Assembly: GCA_964016885.1 (NCBI GenBank)
Contig: OZ024741.1
Coordinates: 371,194,001 to 371,258,000, forward strand
Reading direction: 5' to 3'
From: Eledone cirrhosa
Lineage: Eukaryota
DNA length: 64,000 nucleotides
Both the position numbers and the translations under genes were made by a program. A model generated the notes under the pieces. That model saw nothing but the letters and a program-made list of their open reading frames with translations, did not search any database and had not been told where the DNA came from. Below, piece by piece: positions 13,282 through 24,629 of the stretch (position 1 is the stretch's first letter; each line of letters starts with the position of its first letter).

Positions 13282-13626
13282 GTCATCTTTCATGCGCATC
13301 ACGTGACCATACCAACGTAGTCTTCTCTCAAGTAAACAGCATCTGATATATATATATATATATATATATTGTTATACTTTGGGAGGGACATGTTGCCAAT
13401 AAGAAACACACGCACCAGTTGCTTTCACTCTAATTTATTATAAATTTAAGAATTTATAAATTTCCGGTTGGTTGGTTCCACAACCGGACGGTTGTTCATA
13501 TATTGTGACCTCTTCAGTGACTGGGGACTCTTCTCTTTGTTTTGTGCCTCTCCTCTGTTCTGTCCTACACGTTTTCAGATAAAGAATCTTGCTAAACAAA
13601 TTCAGAAACGATATATATATATATAT

Positions 13627-14243
13627 ATGAATGTATGTATAGTATATTTGGTAATATGTCTAATTAAAAACATTTTGAAGACCTTGCGCTATCATTTTAA
13701 AGTAGTGACTTTGTCACTTACTTCTGTTTTCGGCAAAGGAAGGGAGAGAAGCTGACAGATCCTGTTTCACACTGTTGGTGTTCCTCAGAGCAACGTACAC
13801 CCCGACCTCTGCCGAAAATTATGGAGGCTGGATTTTTATAGAATTTTAATTAAACATACAGTATATTGTCAAATATACTATACATACATTCATGTATACA
13901 TCGCTATTTCAGAGCACCAATCCTAATTTTTGCTGGACCAGCAATTGCTCTGTATAATCAGTTCCTGATTATTACTGGAGTTCTATAAGAATCCAGCCTC
14001 TATAATTTTCGGCAGAGGCGAGGAGTACGTTGCTCTGGGGAACACCAACAGTGTGAAACAGAATCTGTCAGCTTCTCTCCCTTCCTTTGCCGAAAAAAGA
14101 AGTAAGTGACATAGTCACTACTTTAAAATAATAGTGCAAGGTCTTCAAAATGTTTTTAATTAAACATACGGTATATTGCCAAATATACTATACATACATT
14201 CATGTATACATCGCTATTTCAGAGCAGCAATCTTAATTTTTAA
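13627..14243. mobile_element. Penelope-like pseudo-LTR fold-back element between (TA)n tracts
   Basis: Inverted arms at ~13627-13843 and ~13981-14202, direct repeat at ~13844-13930 and ~14153-14241, and a hammerhead motif in each arm. Confidence 0.75.
13751..13791 (-). ncRNA. Type I hammerhead ribozyme
   Basis: Minus strand GCT-CTGAGGA-ACAC caaca GTGT-GAAA-CAG gat CTG-TC-AGC: full core, three stems, GUC site. The plus-strand copy at 14032-14072 has a mutated core (CTGGGGA). Confidence 0.85.
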
Positions 14244-14375
14244 TATATATATGCAAACACATGTATTATTGTGGTTAATTCTGTCATTCATTACTCTCTA
14301 TTATAAGTAACATAAATGACAAACATTATTGGGGTATGAAAAGAATGTCAGAGAATTTTTTAAAAAACTTATTTC

Positions 14376-14451
<76 letters not shown>

Positions 14452-16254
14452 ACTGTGTTGATAGTTTTGCTGCTTTATTTTAAAAAAATTTCTGACATTT
14501 TAAAAAAGTTTTGTTCATAAAACAAGTCTAAAAAGTGAAATATGAATTAATTTTTATTACCATTTACATATATGTCCCCAGAAGAAAAAGTCTAGACATC
14601 TGTAAAGTAATAAAAGAAATTAGCTGAGCGGGGTGGGAGATCAAAGTTAATTAAATAGTGTATAGGTAGGGTGAGAAAGTGAGTTTTACTTTCACATGGA
14701 ATATATATTTTTATTGTGCTACAATGGAACTACAATGTATATTTTATTTTACTTTCTTGTGAAACAAGATATAATTTTATTGCGTTTTCTTTTCAAACTA
14801 CAATATATAGTTGTTCAAGAAAAGGTGTTAATACTATGATCTCAGTGTTATTTTCAACATTTTAACACTGACATAATCTACACTAACAATTGATTATTGT
14901 GTGAGATTCTTGTAAAATATAGTTTCTCAAACCCTTCCAATATGAATGCATACATAGATACTATTGTAGCAAGCATGGCTGTGTGGTTAAGAAGTTTGCT
15001 TCACAACTAAGTGGTGTCGGGTTTAATCCCACTGCATAGTACCTTAGTCAAGAGTCTTTTACTATAGCCTCAGGTTGACAAATGCCTTGTGAGGCAAGGG
15101 TGGTAGAGTGAAGTTCTTTACAGAAAGAAATTAGAGACATAAAATCAATTTAAAGTCATGAAGATTACTTCAGAATCACGATGTCCTGGGTTCAACCCTA
15201 CTACGTGGTATCTTGGATAAGCATCTACCATAGCCTTGATTGACCAAAGCTTTGTAAGTGAAATTTGGTTGACAGAAACTATGTGGAAGCTTATCAGAAT
15301 GGCCTGTTTGGTGGTAGGCTTAAACTATCACCCAGTTAAATAGCCCACTTAGCTCTGGGCTGCCTTTTGCAGAGTCCACTGGAAGGAAGCTGCAGTAGAG
15401 GAAGACCAAGGAAAATTTGGGCAGAAATGGTGGAATCAGATCTCAAAATGTTGAACAACACAAAGAAGATGACAAAGGAACACAATGTATGGAGAGAGGC
15501 TGTGTTGGAAAAGACTCGTCCAACCCATACAAACATGGAAAAACGAGTATAAAAAGGATGATGATGATATTGAAGTTGAAAGGCATGGGGGAAAACGTTC
15601 ATGATAGCATTGAAATGTTAGCCATTTAGAGACTTAGATATTGAAGCCATATCTGAGGACTCTGCCCCCACGACCCTCCCAGGAGTAAGTGGGCAAAAAA
15701 GAAACCCTATTTTACAGTAGTATTGTTATGCTGAATTGGAAATAATCTACTTTTTACATTTAGTAATTAATATTTATATTTTCAGAATAGGTAGCTAACA
15801 CTTTACCCAGCTGATTGTGTACCTGGTATGAATGTCACAACGACTCATTCTACTCTCTTTTCCTTAACTTTTTTGATACCAAACTGCCTAAAACTACCCC
15901 TATTTCTGATATAAAATTGTTATTGTTTTTTATCTCCCCTTACAAACCATCTCCAGTAAGGTATAAAGGAGCTATTTTTGCCTGTTTCCACATAAGCAAT
16001 GTGTGATATGAAACTTTTTGTTTTGAAGTGTTTATATTTATCAAAAAAAAATTCATCATAATTTTACATAAGAATCTTTGTTAAATCATATTCCAAATAC
16101 CAATTTGATAATGAAAAAGTCAATTATTTATCTAAATTCCTCCAATATTTTTTTTTATTTTCAAAATTAATTAAATATGGTAAGGAAATGGTTAAAATAT
16201 ATATGTCAAAAAATAAATCACTTTAATAACTTGCAATTTTTAATTTTTTTGTAG

Positions 16255-16317
16255 ACAAAAGACAATGGAAACTCGAGTGGCAATTGTCTTCTCACTGGGG
16301 ACTCTGAGAACAACTAG
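16255..16317 (+). CDS. CDO1: Cysteine dioxygenase type 1, terminal coding exon
   Basis: TTTTTTTGTAG acceptor in phase 0, matching the donor at 3433. Translates TKDNGNSSGNCLLTGDSENN*, ending like vertebrate CDO (...LENN*). Confidence 0.85.
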   Translation, partial: TKDNGNSSGNCLLTGDSENN

Positions 16318-16506
16318 AGCTTCTACTATGAGCTACTTGTGATGTAGAAAAGAACATAAACCTTCCTTTTTATCGAAATGTATCAAACAGATTTAAAACC
16401 TTGTATTATTTCCTTATTACTTAAAACAGTGTAAGAATATGTTCTACTTCTATCTGATTTTATTCCAACTACAACTATATCTTTTACTATTTGCTATATT
16501 CGTTTT

Positions 16507-16512
16507 AATAAA
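16507..16512 (+). terminator. Candidate CDO1 polyadenylation signal
   Basis: AATAAA ~190 nt after the stop, followed by GT/T-rich sequence. Confidence 0.5.
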
Positions 16513-16611
16513 TTTAAATCTTACATAACTTTTGTATTTTGTGTTATTTCGTGTGTGTATTTGAAGTTTGTCTTAACAAAAAATCATTGGAGATGTAATG
16601 AATAATTTTAA

Positions 16612-16806
16612 CCCTGTAGCATTTACATTACTCTATATTTACTATTATATTTACACATTAAAGGCTTTACCTCACATAATATCGAATCTATAAGATCCTG
16701 ATATTTATTTTAAGAACAATACCTTAACATCAGTATGAGAAGCTAGTTTGAACAGGAAAAGGTGAGAGAGTTCTGACCGGATATGGCCAATTTAAATGCT
16801 AAAGGA
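16612..16806. mobile_element. piggyBac-like MITE
   Basis: TTAA flanks at 16608-16611 and 16807-16810; same termini as 2305-2489. Confidence 0.75.
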
Positions 16807-17209
16807 TTAAGATATAAAAATATTGGATGGGGGTGCCCCAGCATGGCCTCAGCCGGATGGCTGAAACAGGTAAAAGAGTAAAAGAGAGATGGGCCATTGT
16901 TAAAATTGATCCTAATTTAGAACCAAGACCAGCAAATTTTGGGGGTTGGACAAAGGTAATTAAATAAACTTCAGCAGTTGAAAGGAAATTCATTTTATTG
17001 ACCCTGGAAGGATGAAAAACAAAGTTGAACAAAGTGGAATTTTAACTCAGAACATAAAGAGCCTGAACAAATACTGCTAAGCATTTGTTTGATGTTCTAA
17101 CAACTCTGTCAATCTACTCCTTCACATCTTAACTTTGCCAATATTGACTTCTAACATTCAGTGGCTGAATTATGGGGAAGGACTGAATGAACTGTAGTCA
17201 ATGACATAA

Positions 17210-17711
17210 GAAAAAAGCACCTAATTAGGTGATCCTGCTGGAAACATGAGGAAAAAAGCACTCAGTCCACCCTGTAAGGTGGTCCTGCTGGTGACATGAC
17301 AAAAAGTGCCCATTTCACTCTGTAGGGTGGTTGTGCTGATGATACAATGAAAAACCACCCAGTCCACCCTATTAGATGGTTACTTCGGTGCCACGATAAA
17401 AAAAAGTTCTCAGCCCTTCTGGTGACATGACAAAAAGGGCCCTGACCAACCACCCTGTAAGATGCTTCCACTGGTTACATGAGAAAAATGCACTCAGTCC
17501 ACCCTGTAAGGTGGTCGTTTTGGTGCCACGATAAAAAGCACCCAGTCCACACTGTAACATGGTCAGTGTTAGGAAATGCATCTGGCCGTAAAAACCAAGC
17601 CAAAATACACAGATCCATTTGAGGAAGACATGGTCTCCAGACCTGACTTGTTTCATAATGTGGCAACTGGTTTATCCAATGCAAGAAAATGGATGATAAA
17701 TGATGATGATG
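17210..17711 (+). repeat. RTE 3' UTR with decayed ~45-48 bp tandem repeats
   Basis: Repeated AAAAGCAC(C/T)CAGTCCACCCTGTAAGGTGG units followed by a family A-like tail and (GAT)n. Confidence 0.65.
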
Positions 17712-18293
17712 GGGATACAAGGGCTCCCAGAAAATTCAAACTGGGACTCTATTCAGGCTTAATCCACTACTGCTAACATTAGTACAAAGCAATATTTACA
17801 GGAGGCAGATGAAATCAGAGAGCGTTTTTTTTATTGAATGTGATTGGATGAGCCAACTTAGAAGTATCTACTTGATTGGTTGATTTACAAGAATTGCAAA
17901 CATATAGCTCTCACATCACATTCTATCATCATCATTATCATTATCATTATCATCATCATCATCATTTAAAGTCAGTATCAGTAGGGTGTCGGACAACATG
18001 CTTTGCAGCATATAGTTATGGCCCTTTATTTATTCCAGCTCTTTACGTTCTGAGTTCAAATCCTGCCCAAGTAACTTTGTCTTTCATCCTTACAGTCAAT
18101 AAAATAAAGTACCAGTAACACACTGCGATCAATTTAATCGACTTACTCCTCCCCTAAAATTGTTGGCCTTGTGCCTAAATCGTAGGTCTCCTCAATCATG
18201 ACTGTGAAGGCATGTGGGTTAGGGTGTCTGGTTTACAAACGTAAAGTTGAGAGTCTGATGGATGCATTGTATTCTTGTGCAAGACTTTTTATT

Positions 18294-21045
18294 AAGGAGA
18301 AAAATATGGAAGCTAAAGGACCCCATAGCCAGAAATAAATTTCAAAGCATATTACTTGATGCTTTCGACAGTAAGGAAGAGCAATTAGAGTCGTATAATA
18401 TAGAGGAACAGTGGGAATTCCTGAAAGCAAACCTGCTGACGGCGGCAGACGAAGTCTGTGGCTGGAGCAGGCCTGTAGGTAGGAGGAGAGTAACATGGTG
18501 GTGGAACAGTAAGGTGGCGGAGTCAATTAAGGCCAAAAAGCAGGCTTGGAAAGTATGGCGGGATGGGGGAAGTAGAGAAGACTATCAAGTGGCCAGGAGG
18601 GAAGCTAGGAGACAAGTGTACTTCGCAAGAAGGGAAGCAGAGGAAAGAAAGTTCAAGCATGTTCTACAACGTGAGGTGTTCAGGATTGCTAGGCAATGTG
18701 TCAAGGAAAACCGTGATATTGTCGGGGAGAAGTGTACTTAATGATGATGGCATACTTGCCATCACTGACGCTGATAAGAAGGTAGCTTGGAAGTGTCACT
18801 ACGAAAGGCTTCTAAATGAGGAGAACAAATGGGAGAAAGACAGTCTCCCCCACATCGACCCAATAGAGGGACCAGCAGTGTTAGTCGAAGGTAGTATAAT
18901 AAGTAAGGCAATCAAAGATATGAAGACGGGTAAGGCAGCTGGGCCTTCGGAAATAGTTGCTGAGATGCTGAAAGCCTCTGGAACGGTGGGACACACCATG
19001 GTCACCCAGATAGTAAACCAAGTCATACAGAATGGGGTTGTTCCGAAGGACTGGCATAGCAGCATCATCATTAACTGTTACAAGGGTAAAGGAGATGCCC
19101 TAGATAGGTGTAACTATAGAGGCATTAAATTAATCGACCAGGTCATGAAGGTCACGGAAAAAGTAATAGCGCAACTAATCAGAGAGAGAATTGATCTAGA
19201 TGAAATGCAGTTCGGGTTTGTGTCAGGCAAAAGTACCACAGACGCTCTTTTCATTGTACGACAACTACAGGAGAAGTACCTAGCTAAAAGTAAACCCCTA
19301 TACTTAGCTTTTGTTGACTTGGAGAAAGCCTTCGACAGAGTCCCCCGTTCCATTATCTGGTGGGCTCTTAGAAAACTAGGTGTTGACGAATGGCTTGTGA
19401 GAGCTATACAAGCCATGTATAAAGAAACAGTCAGCAAGGTTAGAATTAACAACGAATATAGTGAAGAGTTTAGCGTAAAAGTTGGTGTCCATCAGGGCTC
19501 TGTTCTTAGCCCCCTACTATTTATTATTGCCCTTCAGGCTATAACAGAGGAGTTCAAGACCGGCTGCCCATGGGAACTCCTATACACAGATGATCTAAGG
19601 CTCATAGCTGAATCAATGACCGAACTAGAGAAGAAATTCCAAACATGGAAGCACGGCCTAGAATCAAAAGGCCTTAAAATTAACCTGGCTAAGACTAAAG
19701 TTCTAGTTTGTAGGAAAGAAAATAAGGCGGCGGTCCCTTCCGGGAAATGGCCATGCTCAGTGTGTAGGAAAGGCGTAGGTAGAAACTCCATTTTATGTCC
19801 CAAATGCAAAGTATGGGTGCATAAAAGATGTAGTGGGATCACAGGTAAGCTAACTAAGAACATAGATTTTACATGTGGCCGGTGCTCTGGTGCAATAAGT
19901 AGCAGCAAGTGCCCACAAAATACTAGCTCTTTCAATTGCGCAGAGGGTTCTATAGAAATAGTGGACCGCTTCCGTTACCTGGGTGACAAAATCAGCAGTG
20001 GGGGAGGGTGCTCTGAAAGTACAGTAGCTAGAGTCAGAACTGGATGGAAAAAGTTCAGAGAGCTTATACCACTATTAGCCGCTAGAGAGTTCTCCCTAAA
20101 AATGAAAGGCAGGTTATACGATGCCTGCATACGAACAGCAATGCTGCATGGCAGTGAGACCTGGGCATTGTGTGCAGAGGATATACGCAGACTAGAGAGG
20201 AACGAAGCTTGCATGCTCCGCTGGATGTGCAATAGTAATATACGTGAACGGCTAAGCATAAACGAACTAAGGAAAAAATTAGAAATAAAAGGGATCAGAT
20301 GTTGTTTACTCGAGAGAAGGCTACGTTGGTACGGTCACGTGATGCGCATGAAAGACGACAGCTGTATAACAAAGTGCAGGGCAATAAAGATAGACGGTAG
20401 CCACGGAGTAGGCAGACCCAGAAAAACCTGGGACGACATGATAAATTCCGACCTCACACGCTTACACCTCTCCAAGACAATGTCACTGGACCGAGACCTT
20501 TGGCGGTACTCAGTAATAGAGAAGACCCGCCTTACCTAAATACAAAGTAAAAACCTACTACAGTCAGTAGGCATCTCTATCAAAACACACCCCCGTCCCA
20601 CCACCCCCACCCCATCCACACCGCCCCTTTCAATGTAAAGTTATGTTGGTGCCACAACATCCAGGCCGAAACAAATGAGATCGTGTAGGTGTCACGACAA
20701 AAAAACACACAGTCCACGCTGTAAATGTGGCCGTGTAGGCAACACGGTAAAAACCTCCCAGCCCCACACTGTAAATGTGGTTGGTGTTAGGAAGGGCATC
20801 CAGCTGTAGAAAACCCGCCAGACAGTCCACGCTGTAATGTGGCCGTGTAGGCAACACGGTAAAAACCTCCCAGCCCCACACTGTAAATGTGGTTGGTGTT
20901 AGGAAGGGCATCCAGCTGTAGAAAACTCGCCAGACAGTCCTATGCGAGCAAGACAACCACTCTTGCCTCAAATGGGAAAACCCCCGTCCAAACCCATGCA
21001 AGCGTGGAACACGGACGCTAAACCTTGATGATGATGATGATGATG
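18294..21045 (+). mobile_element. RTE-clade LINE family A, longest copy (5'-truncated, inserted into a SINE)
   Basis: The RT ORF is intact apart from a frameshift near 18730. The 3' UTR carries an internal ~118-bp duplication and a (GAT)n tail. SINE head (~18205-18293) and SINE body (21046 onward) sit on either side. Confidence 0.95.
18563..20539 (+). pseudogene. Non-LTR retrotransposon reverse transcriptase (RTE clade), endonuclease domain missing
   Basis: Motifs NYRGIKL, QFGFV, FVDLEKAFDRVP, GVHQGSVLSPLLF, YTDD (YADD in family B), a Cys/His finger and LRWYGHV. The upstream part lies in a different frame (ORF 18262-18741). Confidence 0.92.
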
Positions 21046-22118
21046 TTACTCCAGTTGATTCAAGTGGCAAAAATCTACCTGTAATTCAAAGGGTAAGCCA
21101 TGACACACACTGCCATACTGAATCTATTTCTAGAAATGTTGAGCAGATATGAATTTTTGCAAATATTTTAACTTAAAGTTAACAGCTTCCACACAGGTTT
21201 TTGATTATGAAAAATAGTCTAGGAAGTTGGACATATCAGCCCCTAGAGACGGAAAAAATGGACAGAGCTGCTTGTGGGACTCGAATTCACACATGATGTA
21301 CGTCGGACAGTTGTACTACCAATTGCTGACAAATTATCCCTTTACTTCAAGCTTTATGTTTTTGACCAGTATGTAAATAAATAATCTACTTTTAGAAAAG
21401 TTGAACGAATATGAATTTTTGCAAATATGTTACCTTAAATTTAACAGCTTCAGTGTGTGTGTGTGTGTTTGTGTTGTGTGTGTAAGTGGAACTAATTTAT
21501 GAATCTCATAAAAGATATTTAATGATACAAGCCTATTTATAGATACCAGAGATTTGGAAAATTCTGCACATGAAAACCAATAAAACTAATTTTAAGATTG
21601 AACCCACTACTGGACTGGTACTTTATTTATCAACATGAAAAGGATGAATTAATGGTGCTAGTTCAGGTCTATAAAATTTATCCTGATGAAATGAACAAGC
21701 TTCTTTTAGAGCCATGAATGAAGAATTTGAAAAAACTCTGGTTTAAATGTTGGGAGTGTAATGTATGTCTTTGATCTGTTGCTGTTAAGCTTGAGTAACA
21801 TTGATGAGTACCCACTGAATTCTTTTTTGTATATTTAATAATCTCTTTATCTACAGATTCTTCAAGAAACTAGCTTTGTTTCACCTTTATAATGTTATAT
21901 GAACAAAATTTAATGAGGCTAGCTCAGGATTATATGAATTAGTCAGGTGAACTGAACAAGCTGCATGAAATGAACAAGATCCTTTTAGAGGCATGAGTGA
22001 ACAATTTGAAAAAACCCTCATTTAAACTTGGGACTGTTGTGTATGTCTTTGTGGTTAACGCTGATTAACTTGAATAATTCACCACTGAATTTTTAAAGAA
22101 ACATTATTTTAGTACTAG

Positions 22119-22394
22119 TCTAAAGTCTGTCTTAAGCCAGAAGGCTCATTTGGCCGGTGCTTATCCCGGTTTCATGGCGTGAAGCGACTGAGAGTACAAG
22201 ACTCCCCCTGGACAGGACGCCAGTCCATTGCAGGGTTAAACCTCCAGCTATCGCTGGTACTCATTTTCAGCTGAGTATACTGGAGCAACGTGAAATGAAA
22301 TGAACACAAGAACACAACACGCAACCCAGGAATCGAACCCACGACATTATGATCGTAAGTCCAACACTCTTACCACTAGGCCACGTGCCTCCAC
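22119..22394 (-). mobile_element. tRNA-derived SINE with 14-bp TSD
   Basis: TSD TATTTTAGTACTAG at 22105-22118 and 22395-22408. A box TGGCCTAGTGG and B box GGTTCGATTCC on the minus strand. Confidence 0.9.
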
Positions 22395-23894
22395 TATTTT
22401 AGTACTAGACATGACGTTATTCAATGTTCCTTTGAAAATAGATAGAGTGAAGTGATTTGAGCCAAAGGCTCTGTTGGCTCCAGCTGACAGTAACTGGAAT
22501 GATTCCCAAATTAGAGTTATAGACACCCGCTCCTCTACCTCATTGACTAATCTAACTTGCTAAGTTAGATTTCAGCCTGTGTTGAGAAGTGGGGAAGGAT
22601 AGAGTGTGAGGCTAGAAACCTTATCTGCATTAATCAGAAATGCATTTGAATATTTGGCCATAAATTACATATGCCCATCTCCAGTTTCCTTGGATTTCAG
22701 ATTTTACACTATCTCTTCCAGCAGATTTAAGACAGATTTCTCAATAAAAAGAAAAAAGGAAATTTACAGCTTACAACTATGAAAGTTTAGTTGTTTTATG
22801 ATAGAGCTACAGTCCAATCATGAAAAACATTGTGAAAGGAAGTATCTTGCTCAAGAACACAATATGCTGCTTAGTTCAGGAATCGACCTCACAACCTTAT
22901 GATCATGAGCTCAACATCCTAATTACTAGGCCATGTTCTTTCACTGACCACAGTTTTTTTCTAAGAGGCTTCCATCCACATATGAAGTTTGGAAAACTAC
23001 AAATATGACTTAATGCTGAAATTAAGCTGATACTGCTGAGTCAATCCCAAATAAGAAAAGATGTTGGTTTGGATGTGTAGGTTGAGCATCAGATGAAATG
23101 CTTTCCAGTATTTGGCATTAGGAAGGGCATCCAGCTGTAGAAACCAACCCAAAACCAGCCCTTTGTGAGCGAAACACAGTCCTCCGACCTGAACTCTCTC
23201 AAAGAGTCAGCTCGTCCTACCCATGCTAGCGTGGAAAATGGACGTCAAATGATGATGATGATATTTATTTAGAACTTTCTACCTTCTGCATTCAAATCCT
23301 GCTGATGTCAACTTTGCCTTTCATTCTTCAGATGTTGATGAAATAAAGTACCAGTTATGAACTGGGGTGATATAATCAACTCCCCTTTCCTCCTAATTGT
23401 TGGTTTTGTGCCAATGTTAAAAGGTATTATTGAGGGCATTAGATTTTAGCAGTATCAGAAGAGTGTCAGACAAAATGCTTTGCTCTAAATTCAAATCCCA
23501 CTAAAGTCAACCATGGTTTTCATCTAGTTAAGTACTGTGTTGATTCAATTGACTTTCTCCTACCCTCAAATTGTGTCAATGGTAGAAATGAATTTAAAAA
23601 AAGCCCCCACCCTTCCATTTCCAAGTAACAAGACATATAATATATAAACTTTTGTCAATTACACCTGTGCTATGTATACATTTTAACTGTTTAACTATTG
23701 GTGTTTCATTGCTTAACATATTTCTGCTAACTTTGGGTATTTATTGCTTTATTTACTTTGAAAGATTTATTTTTCAAGACATAGAAAGTAGATGACATTA
23801 TAATGTTTGTTCTGAACCTGAAAGGAAACCATCATCATCATCGTTGTTGTTGTTGTTGTTCTTCTTCTTCTTCTACTTCTTCTTTGTCTTCTTT

Positions 23895-24285
23895 TTGGGA
23901 GGGTGTTGGGGGTAGACTCCTCAAGCATGCGTTCCAACGGTTTCTGTCAGAAGCAACCATCTCTAATTAATCCGTCTGGATCCCCAAGTAGATCAGCTGA
24001 GCTCATGGATGTTATCCAACCATCTTGCTTGGAGTCTACCCCTGGATCTCCTGCTGGCTGCTTTTGCCTATAAAATCTGTCGAGAAATTCTTTCCTGAGA
24101 CATTCTAACCACATGTCTGTAGTATCAGAGCTGTGATCTCTCAATTCGGAGAAGTAGTGGCTCTACCTGGAGTGACTCTCTGATCTCTGAGCTACACATT
24201 CTTTCCTGAGACATTCTAACCACATGTCTATAGTATCAGAGCTGTGATCTCTCAATTCGGAGAAGTAGCGGCTCTACCTGAGATT
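23895..24285 (-). mobile_element. LINE 3' fragment with internal ~110-bp-period tandem duplication
   Basis: Homologous to ~1735-1995 and ~57300-57410. The duplicated blocks are at ~24087-24169 and ~24197-24280. Confidence 0.7.
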
Positions 24286-24629
24286 AGTTACTTTTTAAAT
24301 ACAAATTAAATCTATAGCAGTGGAAACTTTGAGTGTTCTGAGTCCCTAAAACCCACCTCCCTATGTGCTGCTATTGGGATAGAGTTGGCCACAAGCAGGA
24401 GTGAGGCCTATGGGTGGAAATATCTATTTCAACGCATCTCCCTTGCTATTCTGCAGAGTAACACATTCTCTATTCTGTTAACTAGGACCACGAGGTAGCA
24501 TAAGCAAGGGGTTCTGCATGTTGGAGAGGCAGAAGGAGGAACTGGAGAGTGGAAGTGGTCATCACAACCTTTCAGCAACTGGCTCATTCTGTTACTATTG
24601 GTTGCTATATATATATATTATCATTTTAT

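Noticed and set aside
13440-13525. Minus-strand CTGAAGA...GAAATTTATAAAT motif between TA tracts (similar weak cases at ~11735-11760 and ~40100-40160)
   Set aside because: No convincing stem I. Possibly decayed hammerheads, but not supportable individually.
22300-22394. tRNA gene
   Set aside because: It has A and B boxes but continues into a SINE body with a TSD, so it is a SINE head rather than a tRNA.
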